A model generated the notes under the pieces. It searched no databases. It was not told the origin of the DNA and saw only the letters and a list, made by a program, of their open reading frames with translations. The position numbers and the translations under genes were made by a program. Of a stretch of DNA of 64,000 bases, positions 37,501 to 57,707 are shown piece after piece (position 1 is the first letter of the stretch; each line of letters begins with the position of its first letter). Source of the stretch: Macrostomum lignano. Its lineage: Eukaryota. The DNA lies in NCBI GenBank assembly GCA_002269645.1, contig NIVC01001447.1, forward strand, positions 3,598 to 67,597, given 5' to 3'.

Positions 37501-38997
37501 CGAATTCGCGCCTGGCGCGAATTTTGGGATTAATGGCGCGAATGCGCGATTTCTGAGGCGAGGCGCGATTTTTTTTATGCTCAATGCGCGAAAAATGTTA
37601 GCTGATTTTGCTTTACTTTGCCAGTGACTGCCACACCCCCAGTGTCTCATACAGCTGTACTTTCACTTGTAAACTTATTATTGTTTTAACTTCTGGGGAA
37701 AGGTCGCCGCAGTTGGCAATCGCCCACTTCTTATGCGCATAGTACGTGTGCTATTTGTCTTGCCGCACGGCAACGCGGAAGTCGAGAATTTTCAGCAATC
37801 TTAATGATGTCGTTACAAAGAAGCGCTCCAGTCTTGGAGCGCACACCATTAAGGCACTAGTCGTCGCGCGCTCTTGCCTTGCTGCTAAATGTTGGACAGC
37901 TGCTACGCTACCAGTCTCGCTTAGGTTGCAGAACCTGTGCAACAGCGCCTATGCTGCGTACCGCCGACGGCTGGAAGAAGAGAAGCAAGAAGAGGAGCGC
38001 AAGAAGAGGGAAGAGCTTGAGAAGAGTGTCCTCTCCGAAATTCGAAACGAGAAAAGCGCAAGCAAGACATTCACAGACTTAGGAAATTCTGTTCTGGAGA
38101 CTAACGAGCAGATAAAGAAGAAGCAGAAGCAGAGGGATGACGCTCAGAAGCTGTTGCTGGAAATGCGGCGCGAAAAAAAATCGTAGGCGCGAAAAAAATG
38201 GGCACTCCTCACTCCCACCACTGATTCTATCTAACACTAACCCAACTATGGAAATCCCTCTATCCTATGGAAAACCCCTATCCCAACTATGGTAATCCCC
38301 AATCCCAACTATGGAAATCCCCTAACCCAACTATGGAAATCCCCCTATCCTATGGAAAACCCCTATCCCAACTATGGAAATCCCCTATCCCAACTATGGA
38401 AATCCCCTTATCCCAACTATGGAAATCCCCTTATCCCAACTATGGAAATCCCCTAACCCAACTATGGAAATCCCCTTATCCCAACTATGGAAATCCCCTA
38501 ACCCAACTATGGAAATCCCCCTATCCTATGGAAATCCCCTATCCCAACTATGGAAATCCCCTAACCCAACTATGGAAATCCCCCTATCCTATGGAAAACC
38601 CCTATCCCAACTATTGAAATCCCCTATTCCAACTAGGGAAACCCCCTATCTCAACTATGGAAATCCCCTATCTCAACTTTGGAAGTCCCCTATCCCAACT
38701 AGGGAAACCCATGTATTTGCTGTTTTGCTTCAATCGAATTTTCTTGTCTTTCCAACCTGGCAGGTGGAGGCGAGCGCCCGCTACCCCGGCATGCTCAGCA
38801 TCAGCCTGAACGGCCGGCGCCTCCAGCCCAGCTTGGCGCGGCTCCTTCTGCGCCACGCTGCCCGCGCCTTCGCCGAATCCGGCTGCGTCTGGCTCAGCGG
38901 CGGCGCCTCCCCGATGACAGTCGGCGGCGGTACCGACAGCGCCAGCCTGCTGGCCTGCCTGCTGCTGCGCCACTGCTTGCTGCCCGCACCGCTGTGA
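31530..38997 (+). CDS. E2 ubiquitin/ubiquitin-like conjugating enzyme (Ubc12/UBE2M-UBE2F-like motif pattern) with a long acidic C-terminal extension, ~625 aa; exons 31530-31697, 35650-36897, 37168-37395, 38764-38997
   Basis: UBC-fold motifs PNNGPYKHGKFLF, YPDSAP, IYHPNID, catalytic NICLNLFDEW, GLLFLLYHPNISDP. All junctions are GT-AG, phase 0. Confidence 0.88.
31726..34379. mobile_element. Foldback-type element: ~1.1-1.45-kb inverted arms around an ~82-bp AT-rich spacer, flanked by TTAA
   Basis: 31760-33175 is the reverse complement of 33258-34373 apart from two extra 151-bp units in the left arm. Termini TTAA|CAGTAG ... CTACTG|TTAA. Mirror ORF pairs 31986..32231/33901..34146 and 32104..32382/33750..34028. 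Confidence 0.85.
32139..33060 (+). repeat. 151-bp tandem repeat inside the left foldback arm (6 units plus tail; 4 units plus tail inverted at ~33378-33992)
   Basis: GGTGACTATGG recurs at about 32139, 32290, 32441, 32592, 32744 and 32893. Confidence 0.9.
34550..35590. repeat. Intronic minisatellite, ~32-33-bp unit (GAGATCCCACATCGGCACCCTGAAGACACCCT)
   Basis: About 30 diverged copies; explains ORFs 34521-35626. Confidence 0.95.
36928..37100. repeat. Intronic 15-bp repeat (CCCTGACTCTGCACT)
   Basis: About 11 copies; gives the spurious LTLHS/DSALP tail of ORF 35689..37131. Confidence 0.9.
37482..38223 (+). mobile_element. Internally deleted hAT DNA transposon (742 bp) retaining the transposase C-terminal dimerisation-domain fragment
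   Basis: 17-bp TIR CAGTGGTGGGAGTGAGG / CCTCACTCCCACCACTG and perfect 8-bp TSD ATTCTATC (37474-37481, 38224-38231). VLFVLPHGNAEVE/RIFS...KKRSSL motif across a 1-bp frameshift; subterminal GCGCGA repeats. Confidence 0.93.
38240..38710. repeat. Intronic minisatellite, ~22-bp unit (CCCAACTATGGAAATCCCCTAT)
   Basis: About 20 copies. Confidence 0.92.
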
Positions 38998-39136
38998 TGG
39001 GATTCCCGTGTACAGTTCCTAATGGCCGAAGAGCATATTTTGCTTTATTTTTCTGAAAGCGAGATTTCTATCCTTGAAGTGCAACTCAGTTTTTTGTGAC
39101 AAACTAGATACCTACCTGTAGTGAATGCGCTATCTA

Positions 39137-39728
39137 TGTACACTGCCAAGCCCAACCCATATATAATGTACACTGCCACTGCCCAGCCATACCCATCCAC
39201 AATGTACACTGCCCACCCATCCACAATGTACACTGCCCACCCATCCACAATGTACACTGCCCACCTATCTCCAATGTACACTGCCCACCCATCCACAATG
39301 TACACTGCCCACCCATCTCCAATGTACACTGCCCAACCCCACCCATCCACAATGTACACTGCCCACCCATCTCCAATGTACACTGCCCAACCCCACCCAT
39401 CCACAATGTACACTGCCCACCCATCCACAATGTACACTGCCCACCCATCTCCAATGTACACTGCCCAACCCCACCCATCCACAATGTACACTGCCCACCC
39501 ATCTCCAATGTACACTGCTCACCCATCTCCATTGTACACTGCTCACCCATCTCCATTGTACACTGCTCACCCATCTCCAATGTACACTGCTCACCCATCT
39601 CAATTGTACACTGCCCACCCCACCCATCCACAATGTACACTGCCCAACCCCACCCATCCCCCAATGTACACTGCCCACCCCACCCATCCACAATGTACAC
39701 TGCCCACCCCACCCATCCACAATGTACA
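39137..39728. repeat. Minisatellite, 24-bp unit (CAATGTACACTGCCCACCCATCCA)
   Basis: About 23 copies; the same unit recurs at 42662-42782. Confidence 0.95.
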
Positions 39729-40653
39729 TTCTGCCTGAGCCTTTTCTTTCCGCATACTTAAAGTGCCGGTATAATTTTTGTAGGGAAAGCTTGATATAAA
39801 TATGGTTCTGCTACTTTATGAGCTCCCCAGTGGTAAGAGGAGACCTGAACTTCATTATAATATTATAATTAGCAACTGCAATGCTCAACACTGCGTGCTC
39901 GTCGCTTCTGTGTGTGACTTTGTATAGGGAGCGAGCTTATCATGCGGTTAGTGGAGATTATGAATAGCTAAATTGTTCATTTTATATGTATTCTGTTTGT
40001 CTTACTGTATATGCTAGAGTATATTAATAATATTTATCGCAGGGCAGTCAAGGACTTCTAAAACTGTCCTTGTCTGGATGGCGTTTCAGTCCAGTGCGCA
40101 GTGCCGGTGGTCCTTGGCGCAGTGTATATTTAATGCAGAATTATTCAGCGCATGAGTGCATTGGGTGCCGATCACGCGGCCAATTCAGTCTGCGGCTTGG
40201 ATTTCAAGTTTATTAGATAATGATTTTTGCGTGTTATGCTCAAATAAATGCAGATTGTAACTGCGCATCTCCATCCTGATGCTGCGTTAGTTTGATTTTT
40301 TCGGTTTCACATCGATTTTGTCGCAGGTATTTTTTAAACTAGGGCTTGTTTTCTTAGAATCAATAGTTCATGAGATTTAAATGCAACTCTTAATGAGATC
40401 TTGAAACTGGTTGTCTGTTTCTAACAAGTCTTATGCACATTTCTAGGGAAATTGGGTCCGTATATATAAAATTCTATGTGCATTTATTGAGTATTAGTCT
40501 GTTTCTATGAAATCTAATGTACATCTCCACGATTCTGTACCATCTAAGATAAGCCAGCATTGACTAAAGCGATCGCTCTCTGCTTTTAACCAATTTATCA
40601 GGTGACCTTTTCTAGAAAACGGAGGTCAATTTCTTATCCAATTCGTGCTCTGA

Positions 40654-42651
40654 CCCAGTGGCAAAAGTTAGCTAGAATCTAGTTCGAAATTTCGAAGTAG
40701 AATTTAGCTCGAAATATTGCCCGGCGAATTCTAGCTAGAATTTTCTAGCTACTTTCGAAGTAAAAAAATCCAAGCTTTTGAACAAATTTCGAACCTTTTT
40801 AAAACCAGATATCTGCCTTAAGGTACATTTAGGCTGTGTTGAGAGTAAATATATTGTACATGTATATTTTCACAGTTGATTATTTTTAGCCTAGAGTCGC
40901 CAGGTGCGTAGCCAGAAATTTATGGGGGAATATAGGCTGCCCCTCAGGAGGGAAATTTTCTTTTGGGGGGGGGGGGGGATAGCACGCCCCCTAAGGAGAA
41001 ATACTTCAAAAAACAATTCGTTTGGCTGTTTGGGGGATACATCCTCCTGATCAGCCCTTCCCTACACCCCCCAAGTCGCTAATTTTTTAAACTGAAAAAT
41101 GAATCCAACATCGCATTTTTCAAAATGATGCACTAGAATAGCAGGTTTGGTCACTATGCTCCCCTCTCCTCTCCTCTCTTTTCTTTTTCTCTTTTCGCTT
41201 TGATCTATCCTCTCTTCTCTTCAATCTATCCTCTCAACTCTCCAGGCTCTTCTCTCCTAGACCAAAATGGTTGAAATTATGAAAAATTAAATGTAAAATT
41301 GTATAATAATTGTCATTTTTACAACTGATTGCATTTTCCCATTTTTCAATTCTATTATAATTTTTGTAATTTGCACTTCTTGCAATTCCAATCACAAAAT
41401 TTCACTATACCACTTAGTTAAAATAATAAAGAGGAAGAATAGTAGGACTGGAGACATTTGTAATACAATGCAATGCAAGTAAATATAGTTTATAATAAAT
41501 TTTCTATTAATAAGATGGCACACCACATTTTATCATTAGCAATTATTTATTTTAAAAGTTTGAAACAGTTAAAAGTAGATTAAAAAGCAAAAGTAGACAA
41601 GTCAAAAGACCAAAAAGCAAAACAACAACTAAGGTCTATTCAAGGAATTTCAAGCCACAGGCAAATTAACTATAAAAAAAATTGTGAAGTTCAAAATACA
41701 AAAATAAAATGCAAACAGAAGAAAGCAACACCATGAGAGAACTATAAAAATACTGTGAAAAGTTAACAGATTAAATATGCAATGGAAAAAAGCAAGTGAT
41801 CTTTACAAAAAGTAAGTTTTTAGAGCTTATAGTAGACCTAATCAATAGGAAAATCTAAAGGTGATGCAAGTGATATACAACAATGTAACTTTTGTTTTAA
41901 AAGGTATGAAATGTGTCAAACATGGGAAAAATAAAGCAGAAACATAAATAAATATTTCATGAAAACTTTAGAGGCAAGGCATCATTGAATCACAATTTCT
42001 AAATCTATAATAAATAGGCCTAACTAAAAATCGAACTTTCTATTGGTCACTAGCAGTAACACTATAGTAAAAAACAGCATATAGTAAAAGAGACCATTCT
42101 AATCTTTAAGAAGTTGCACCCTAGCTAAAATATCACTGTCTATCTGTTCCTTGATAGAAAAAAATGGATTCCACCTTGCACACAAGCTAGCCATGGTGGA
42201 AAGCAATAAGCGCAACTCCTGCAATCCTAATCATTTGTAACTATTATACTATGATAAATTCTGCGTCCAAAGATGACTTGACCCAACAATGTAAACTAAT
42301 CTCATTTGCAGCAGGCCTAGCAATCTACATGTAATTAATGTATTGTAAAGAAGTTTATAGTAAAGAACCAGATTTTTACGTTTTACGAAAACGTTCGTTT
42401 TTATCGAACCTATGTTCTCATTCGAAAAATCGCACCAAGTTTTTGCTAAAATCTACGCACTACAGTGGCACACTATAAAAATGTTCAAATGCAAAATCTT
42501 TTTATCAAAGAAAAGATTATACTTCAAAAAAAGTACTAGACATCTTTTTTGGCCACAGGATAAAGTAGAATCCCTCAAATTGCCACTTCGAATGTAAATA
42601 CTTTTTTCGACGCGAATTCGAACTAAAATCGAACTAACTTTTGCCACTGGG
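40654..42651. mobile_element. Non-autonomous TIR element (~2 kb), CCC termini, possibly CMC/EnSpm-like; nested MITE-like segment starting ~40901
   Basis: 18-bp TIR CCCAGTGGCAAAAGTTAG / CTAACTTTTGCCACTGGG, with GA on both flanks (possible 2-bp TSD). TTCGAA/CTAG-rich subterminal repeats and an AT-rich non-coding interior. Confidence 0.6.
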
Positions 42652-43031
42652 GATCTATGCACAATGTACAATGTGCCCAACCCCACCCATCCACAATGTA
42701 CTCTGCCCAACCCCACCCATCCACAATGTACTCTGCCTCCCATCTCCAATGTACACTGCCCAACCCCACCCATCCACCATCCAAAACCCCCAAATTTCAA
42801 TTTTAGGGGGTTGGTGGCTCTAAGAAAAACTAAAAAATATCTTTCTAGGAAATTGCTGTCTAAATGTCGGGCATCTGTTGAAAATTCATTTTTTCTTTAA
42901 AGTAGAAGCAATTTTTCGAACAATTAGATGCTTATCGCTAGAAAATGGGTTCCGGTTTCTTGTATTCAACTCGCCAAGCAGCTGCCGAACCCCCGACAAC
43001 AATTGCAGCTTGCCCGGCAACCCTCCGCGCC

Positions 43032-43604
43032 ATGAAGGTGATCAAGTCCGCGCTCAGCATGAAGATCCCCGAGGGAGTCACCGTGGAGAGCCGCTCCCGC
43101 GTCCTCCGCGTCAAGGGCAAGCGCGGCGCCCTGTCGCGCTCGTTCCGGCACCTGTCCCTGGACATCAAGGTGTCCCCCAACGGCCGCACCCTCACGGTGG
43201 AGAAGTGGTTCGGCGTGCACAAGGAGCTGGCCGCGGTGCGCACCGTCATCACCCACGTGCGCAACATGATCAAGGGCGTCACGTACGGCTTCCGCTACAA
43301 GATGAAGTCCGTGTACGCCCACTTCCCCATCAACATGGTCATCAGCAAGGCCGGCGACTCCATCGAGATTCGCAACTTCCTCGGCGAGAAGAACAACCGG
43401 ACGGTGAACATGCTGCGCGGGGTGACCGTCTCCCAGACTGGCGTGAAGGACGAGATCCAGCTCGATGGCAACGACATCGAGGCGGTCAGCCACTCGGCCG
43501 CTCTGATCCAGCAGTGCTGCTGTGTGAAGAACAAGGACATCCGAAAATTCCTGGACGGCGTCTACGTTAGCGAGAAATCCACAGTGCTAGCCAGCGATGA
43601 TTGA
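43032..43604 (+). CDS. RPL9: 60S ribosomal protein L9 (uL6), intronless, divergent copy, 190 aa
   Basis: MKVIKS...KELAAVRT...VRNMIKGVTYGFRYKMKSVYAHFPIN...EIRNFLGEK...GNDIEAVSHSAALIQQ...KNKDIRKFLDGVYVSEK; AATAAA at 43671. Confidence 0.96.
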   Translation: MKVIKSALSMKIPEGVTVESRSRVLRVKGKRGALSRSFRHLSLDIKVSPNGRTLTVEKWFGVHKELAAVRTVITHVRNMIKGVTYGFRYKMKSVYAHFPINMVISKAGDSIEIRNFLGEKNNRTVNMLRGVTVSQTGVKDEIQLDGNDIEAVSHSAALIQQCCCVKNKDIRKFLDGVYVSEKSTVLASDD

Positions 43605-43885
43605 CATGTCTGACTGAGCTGACTCTCAGCTCTCTGTTTGACTCTCTGAGTTGACTGCATGCTCATTGAGAATAAATTTGGCTAAAGCAGGTCTCTGATA
43701 TTGGGCCGAGTGAATTCCAGTGCGAATTCGCTGTTGGAAGAAAAAGTCTTTGTAGCTTTGTGCTTTGCTCATTTTCCGCTTACTGCTGCTTCAAGTAGTA
43801 GCATAAGGTCGATTTCTGAAATCATTGAAAAGATAAAGAAAACTCACTAATACTATTTAAAACTTTCTTAGTTTCAAAGGAATGT

Positions 43886-44290
43886 CCTATGAGAACCCAT
43901 TACTACACATTATAATCTATGAGAACCCATTACTACACATGATAATATATGAGAACCCTTTACTACACATGATAATCTATGAGAACCCATTACTACACAT
44001 GATAATCTATGAGAACCCATTACTATACATGATAATCGATGAGAACCCATTACTACACATGATAATCTATGAGAACCCATTACTATACATGATAATCTAT
44101 GAGAACCCATTACTACACATGATAATCTATGAGAACCCATTACTACACATGATAATCTATGAGAACCCATTACTACACATAAGAATCTATCTATGAGAAC
44201 CCATTACTACACATGAGAATCTATGAGAAGCAACCGCTCCATGAGAATCCATCTATGAGAAGCAACCGCTCCATGAGAATCCATCTATGA
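43886..44290. repeat. Minisatellite, 30-bp unit (ATCTATGAGAACCCATTACTACACATGATA)
   Basis: About 11 copies plus diverged tail units. Confidence 0.93.
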
Positions 44291-44984
44291 GAGCACGCGC
44301 CTCGGCAAGCATCTCCCAGTCCTATCCAGCACAATCTATTCTGTGAGCACATCTGTGAACACATTGCTTTCGAATCGCGTCAAAGCTGACTGAAAGCTCC
44401 GATGGGAAGCCCCCGTTGAGCTGTCGCGAGCTTGTCATTATTTTTAAAGCAAAATTTCCTACTTTTCCGTCACGGCGCCTCTGGAGTCATGCGAGGCTGG
44501 GCAGAGTTTAGCATTTATTTGCATGCAAGTACTGAGCGCGTGCGTGCTTGATTTCAGGCCAGAGCGCATATTTTCGTTCCTTTCTCAATTCCTGACAAAC
44601 CTTACCTTTGTCCGTAACTAACTTTGCTCTGCCCCTGCGCATGCTCTGTGTTTGAATTCCAGTTGCTTATTCCGAACTCTGCGTACCTTCCTTTCCTAGC
44701 GCCTGCCCCTGCCTTCCCGAGACTGCAAACAACCACCAAAAGAAGTTTATTTGTGCAACATTCACTGCTGCGCCTCTTCAAGCCCCTCGCGAGGCCGTGC
44801 ACACTGCGCTCTCATTGACAATGGGGCTGCTCTGCATGTAAATTGTCCTAGGAATGAGTCGAGTGAGTCAGGCCAGCGTGGCTATAGCGGTCTGTTTGCC
44901 CACCAGCTCGCACAACTCGGACAATAGAGCGACCGCCACCCGCGGGCAGGGTTCTTAGCTTCATCTCCGAGCTGCAGCCGCCCG

Positions 44985-45100
44985 CTCTGATTGGCTGCTC
45001 CAGGCGGGCTTGGCTGCAGCTAAAGCTGACCGGCCCGCTCCGCACCCAAAGATGGAGCGCAGAGACTGAAAACTCTGGGGCAGCCGCTGGCTATAAATGG
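44985..45100 (+). promoter_or_regulatory. Putative core promoter of the dynein light chain gene (inverted CCAAT box and TATA box)
   Basis: GATTGG at ~44989 and TATAAA at 45092-45097, ~95 bp upstream of the ATG. Confidence 0.55.
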
Positions 45101-45190
45101 ACTGCCCTGCGGCCTCCGCGCCCCCTGGCCGCAGCCACCGCAGCACCCAACCAGCCATCTCCAGCTCAGCCAACTCCAACAGCCTGCAGA

Positions 45191-45524
45191 ATGTCTTGGC
45201 AGAAGGGCGACATGAGCGACGAGCTCCGCCAGGCCGTGGTGGAAATCGTCAACGAGATCTGCTCCGAGTCCAAGGACGACGACAGCATCGCCAGCAACTT
45301 GAAGAAGAAGCTGGACGCCCAGCTCAGCCCCACCTGGCAGGTGACGGTCGGCCGCAACTTTGCTAGGTGAGTCCGGCTGAGTCTGGCTGCTCCCGCTGTG
45401 CTCGGTGAGTCCTGACACCCCTCCCCCTTGATCATCCCGCAGTCACGTGACGCACGAGAAGGGCACCTTCGGCTACTACCAGTACGGCCCCTACGCCATC
45501 CTGATGTACAAGGCCGGTCTGTGA
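45191..45524 (+). CDS. Dynein light chain LC8/DLC-family protein, 85 aa; exons 45191-45366, 45443-45524
   Basis: DMSDEL...IASNLKKKLDAQLSPTWQVTVGRNFAS|HVTHEKGTFGYYQYGPYAILMYKAG matches the LC8 pattern DMSEEM...TWHCIVGRNFGSYVTHE; GT-AG phase-2 intron. Missed by the ORF track. Confidence 0.9.
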
Positions 45525-46006
45525 TCCGTCGGTCGCTCGCTCTCTAAGGGAGTTCGTTCCGTCTGTTACTGGAATCAGTTCGAATTCGATGCACTCCATG
45601 ACTGAATGGCCCTACAATGCTGGCTATAGCAGTAATTTTTTATAATAGCTTATTTCTTCGTTATAATTAAAATAAATTTGCATATGAAAATACTACTAAG
45701 TGTAGTATTCGCTTTCATTAATGCTAGCACGAAGTCTTAGCAAATTAATATTTCTATTTAATTAAATCGTGTCTTTGTTAAAGTTCTTTGTTTAAAAATT
45801 TGTTTATTGGAGCATAGACTACGGCTTCCCGACTGAGAATGCCTCTTAAACCTTCAGCTGTCTCCAGCATGCTAGGGTTAGCTAGGTCCTGCTTGCAAGC
45901 CGTTAAACTTATCGAATTTTCTTTCGATAGAACAGACCGGTGTATATTGGTCTAACTGCAATTGTTCCAACTGGATTCATGCGATTCAATTTGCAGCTAA
46001 CTGTGC

Positions 46007-46455
46007 CAATTCTCATCTGAGCAATTCCATATTGAGCCAATTCTCATCTGAGCAATTCCCCATTGGGCCAATTCTCATCTGAACGATTCCCCATTGAGCC
46101 AATTCTCATCTGAGCGATTCCCCATTGAATCAATTCTCATCCAAGAAATTCCCCATTGAGTCAATTCTCATCCAAGAAATTCCCCATTGAGTCAATTGTC
46201 ATCCAAGAAATTCCCCATTGAGTCAATTCTCATCCAAGAAGTTCCCCAATAAATCAATTCTCATCCAAGAAATTCCCCATTGAGTCAATTCTCATCCAAG
46301 AAATTCCCCATTGAGTCAATTCTCATCCAAGAAATTCCCCATTGAGTCAATTCTCATCCAAGAGGTTCCCCATTGAGTCAATTGTCATCCAAGAAATTCC
46401 CCATTGAGTCAATTCTCATCCAAGAAATTCCCCATTGAGCTAATTCTCATCTGAG
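46007..46455. repeat. Minisatellite, 31-bp unit (AATTCTCATCCAAGAAATTCCCCATTGAGTC)
   Basis: About 14 copies. Confidence 0.93.
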
Positions 46456-46908
46456 CTAATTTGAGCAAGTTAAACTGGAGAGCTCGCTCAGATAATTAAA
46501 ACGAGTCCCAGCTGGTTTTGCAAAACAGATTGAAAAGGACGCGATGCAAGACAGCTCTTAAGAAAGAGGCACAATTCTTTGTTTTTGACTTTGACTTTGA
46601 GCCCTTCCGGTGCTGAAATTTGAAGGTGCGAAAGTTTTTTCCAGTTATTTTCCTCTTGCAACCGGCTGATGACAAGAACTCTTTTTTGAGACCTTTGACT
46701 TTTGTCGACTACAAAGGGATTTCAGCAGCTGAAACACAGGCTCTGATTGACCAACCCGACACCCCGGTGACAAAGCAGTCAGTTGGACAAATCAAAGGGC
46801 CGGTTGAGAAGAGGACCGGTTCGGACCAGAGAGAGCTCGAGCCGGGCTATTTAATCGGAACGGCAGCCGCTCCCAGCCCGCCCGCCGTCACCTGCAACAC
46901 CAGCAGCG

Positions 46909-55475
<8,567 letters not shown>

Positions 55476-55579
55476 CTCTGCAAGGTGTGCGGCAGTGCGG
55501 AGAATCGCAATGCTCGCTGTCTGTCTCATCCTGTCTTCTGTCTTCTCCGTCTCTATTCTGAATTTCCTTTTCTTGTTTT

Positions 55580-55826
55580 TGTCAATCTGCCCCGATCACC
55601 TGCGTTTCTCCTGTCAATCTGCCCCGATCACCTGCGTTTCTCCTGTCAATCTGCCCCGATCACCTGCGTTTCTCCTGTCAATCTGCCCCGATCACCTGCG
55701 TTTCTCCTGTCAATCTGCCCCGATCACCTGCGTTTCTTCTGTCAATCTGCCCCGATCACCTGCGTTTCTCCTGTCAATCTGCCCCGATCACCTGCGTTTC
55801 TCCTGTCAATCTGCCCCGATCACCCG
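55580..55826. repeat. Minisatellite, 32-bp unit (TTCTCCTGTCAATCTGCCCCGATCACCTGCGT)
   Basis: About 8 copies. Confidence 0.93.
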
Positions 55827-56121
55827 CGTCTCCGACAGTGAGACTCATAAGCAAAAAGAGAAGTTTTAAAATATTATTTCTCAAAACGACGATCTCGGAA
55901 CTAAAATGAGGGCTGCAGTAATTTGTGTGCAAACGCTCTGAATCACTTAGACAATTAGTGCACGCAGCTTAGTATTGCTGGTACTTTGGCTTCTCAAATG
56001 ATCTTGCTGGCGTTTGGTGTCTAGCTTGACAGCACAAATAGTTGCTAGTGCATCTTTTTATCCTGTAATATCTTTTTGTACTTGTATTTATGCGTTTGTG
56101 TTGTATATGTATTTCCGTTTC

Positions 56122-56290
56122 CGCTGCCCTGCCTCCCTCTCCCCGCCTCCCACCGCTGCCCTGCCTCCCTCTCCCCGCCTCCCACCGCTGCCCTGCCTCC
56201 CTCTCCCCGCCTCCCACCGCTGCCCTGCCTCCCTCTCCCCGCCTCCCACCGCTGCCCTGCCTCCCTCTCCCCGCCTCCCACCGCTGCTCT
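56122..56290. repeat. Minisatellite, 32-bp unit (CCGCTGCCCTGCCTCCCTCTCCCCGCCTCCCA)
   Basis: About 5 copies. Confidence 0.92.
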
Positions 56291-57206
56291 CCCTCTCCAA
56301 ATCACAAAGAAAATAGACCGCACTCTGTTTAATCTACTGAAAATCAGCTTTAATAAAAAACATTTGTGCTTTGCCTAAAAATAAAGAGCTGCAGCTTCAG
56401 TGACTCCTCTATTATTTTGTGTGTGAATCTTAATTGCTAAATTTACTTCTCAGTAATGCTATAAATATATGGTAGCAAGGGTTTCCGTGTGGCCTGATGC
56501 ATATCAAATACCCGCACACGCAGGAAACAAAACAGGTTTCACAGACACCATTAAGCCATCCAAAGACGTCACGACGGACCGAGGCGGGGAGACTTCTAAA
56601 CAATTTTTAAACAAAACCTTTAAAAAAATCAGAGATACGAGTCAGAGGTTCTTTAAAGTACGTTTTTAAGTTAAACTAAAACAGTTTACGATGCCCGTAG
56701 GTATTTTTAATCATGCTGAGAGGTTGTTTATCGATGTAACCTTTGGCGAGAATTTTAAATGAAACAAATGCGATTCACTGTCCAAAATTCGCTCTCTTGG
56801 TATCCAAGGGAAATGCAAATGCAACTCTTCAGACAAGCTCATTGAATTATTTCATGCTACGCAAGGAGGAGGAAGTGTACGTGCCATTGCTGGATAAGAT
56901 AACACTCGACATGGAGAGCAGGCAATAGAAGCAGAGTCGCGACCTCAAAAAGTCAGAATAGTCCGTTCTTTATTCCAGAATGGATGTCATTGATTTTTGG
57001 CTTGTATATTTTTGAGTGAGTAAGCTCTGCTAAACGGCGTTAATGTCAAAATAAATGTTAAAATAAAAGAATATTTACAGCCATGGAGGATATTACTCGT
57101 AGCACAGCCGTTTCTTACTGAATTTGCAATGCTCGCTTTTTGAAACTAAAGTAATTGATAACCTTACCGTGGATTTTTTTGTGATTCTTCGCTGTGTCTC
57201 GCACAG

Positions 57207-57562
57207 TATTTTTGCTGATGCTTCAGATTTGTGAAAGTGCTGGTAAAGGCCATGTAAGATTTTTGCTGATGCTTCAGATTTGTGAAAGTGCTGGTAAAGG
57301 CCATGTAAGATTTTTGCTGATGCTTCAGATTTGTGAAAGTGCTGGTAAAGGCAATGTAAGATTTTTGCTGATGCTTCAGATTTGTGAAAGTGCTGGTAAA
57401 GGCCATGTAAGATTTTTGCTGATGCTTCAGATTTGTGAAAGTGCTGGTAAAGGCCATGTAAGATTTTTGCTGATGCTTCAGATTTGTGAAAGTGCTGATA
57501 AAGGCCATGTAAGATTTTTGCTGATGCTTCAGATTTGTGAAAGTACTGGTAAAGGCCATGTA
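57207..57562. repeat. Minisatellite, 51-bp unit
   Basis: ATTTTTGCTGATGCTTCAGATTTGTGAAAGTGCTGGTAAAGGCCATGTAAG, about 7 copies. Confidence 0.95.
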
Positions 57563-57707
57563 AGTCAGGAATCGGAATACAAATAATGAGGCTAGTCAGG
57601 TAAGGTCAGGTAAAGAGCATTACAGAAGAAAAAGCTAGCAAACACTCTGAAAGCTCTTTGACTTTCATATTGTGCTAAATGACAAACTAAAGTTAAGTTC
57701 AAGTTAA

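Noticed and set aside
39800-40330. Possible snoRNA/miRNA or small exons
   Set aside because: No complete C/D or H/ACA box set, no clean hairpin and no consistent spliced ORF
44602-44830. Possible - strand first exon ending at AAAG|GTAAGG (~44606)
   Set aside because: No convincing downstream exons or homology could be assembled
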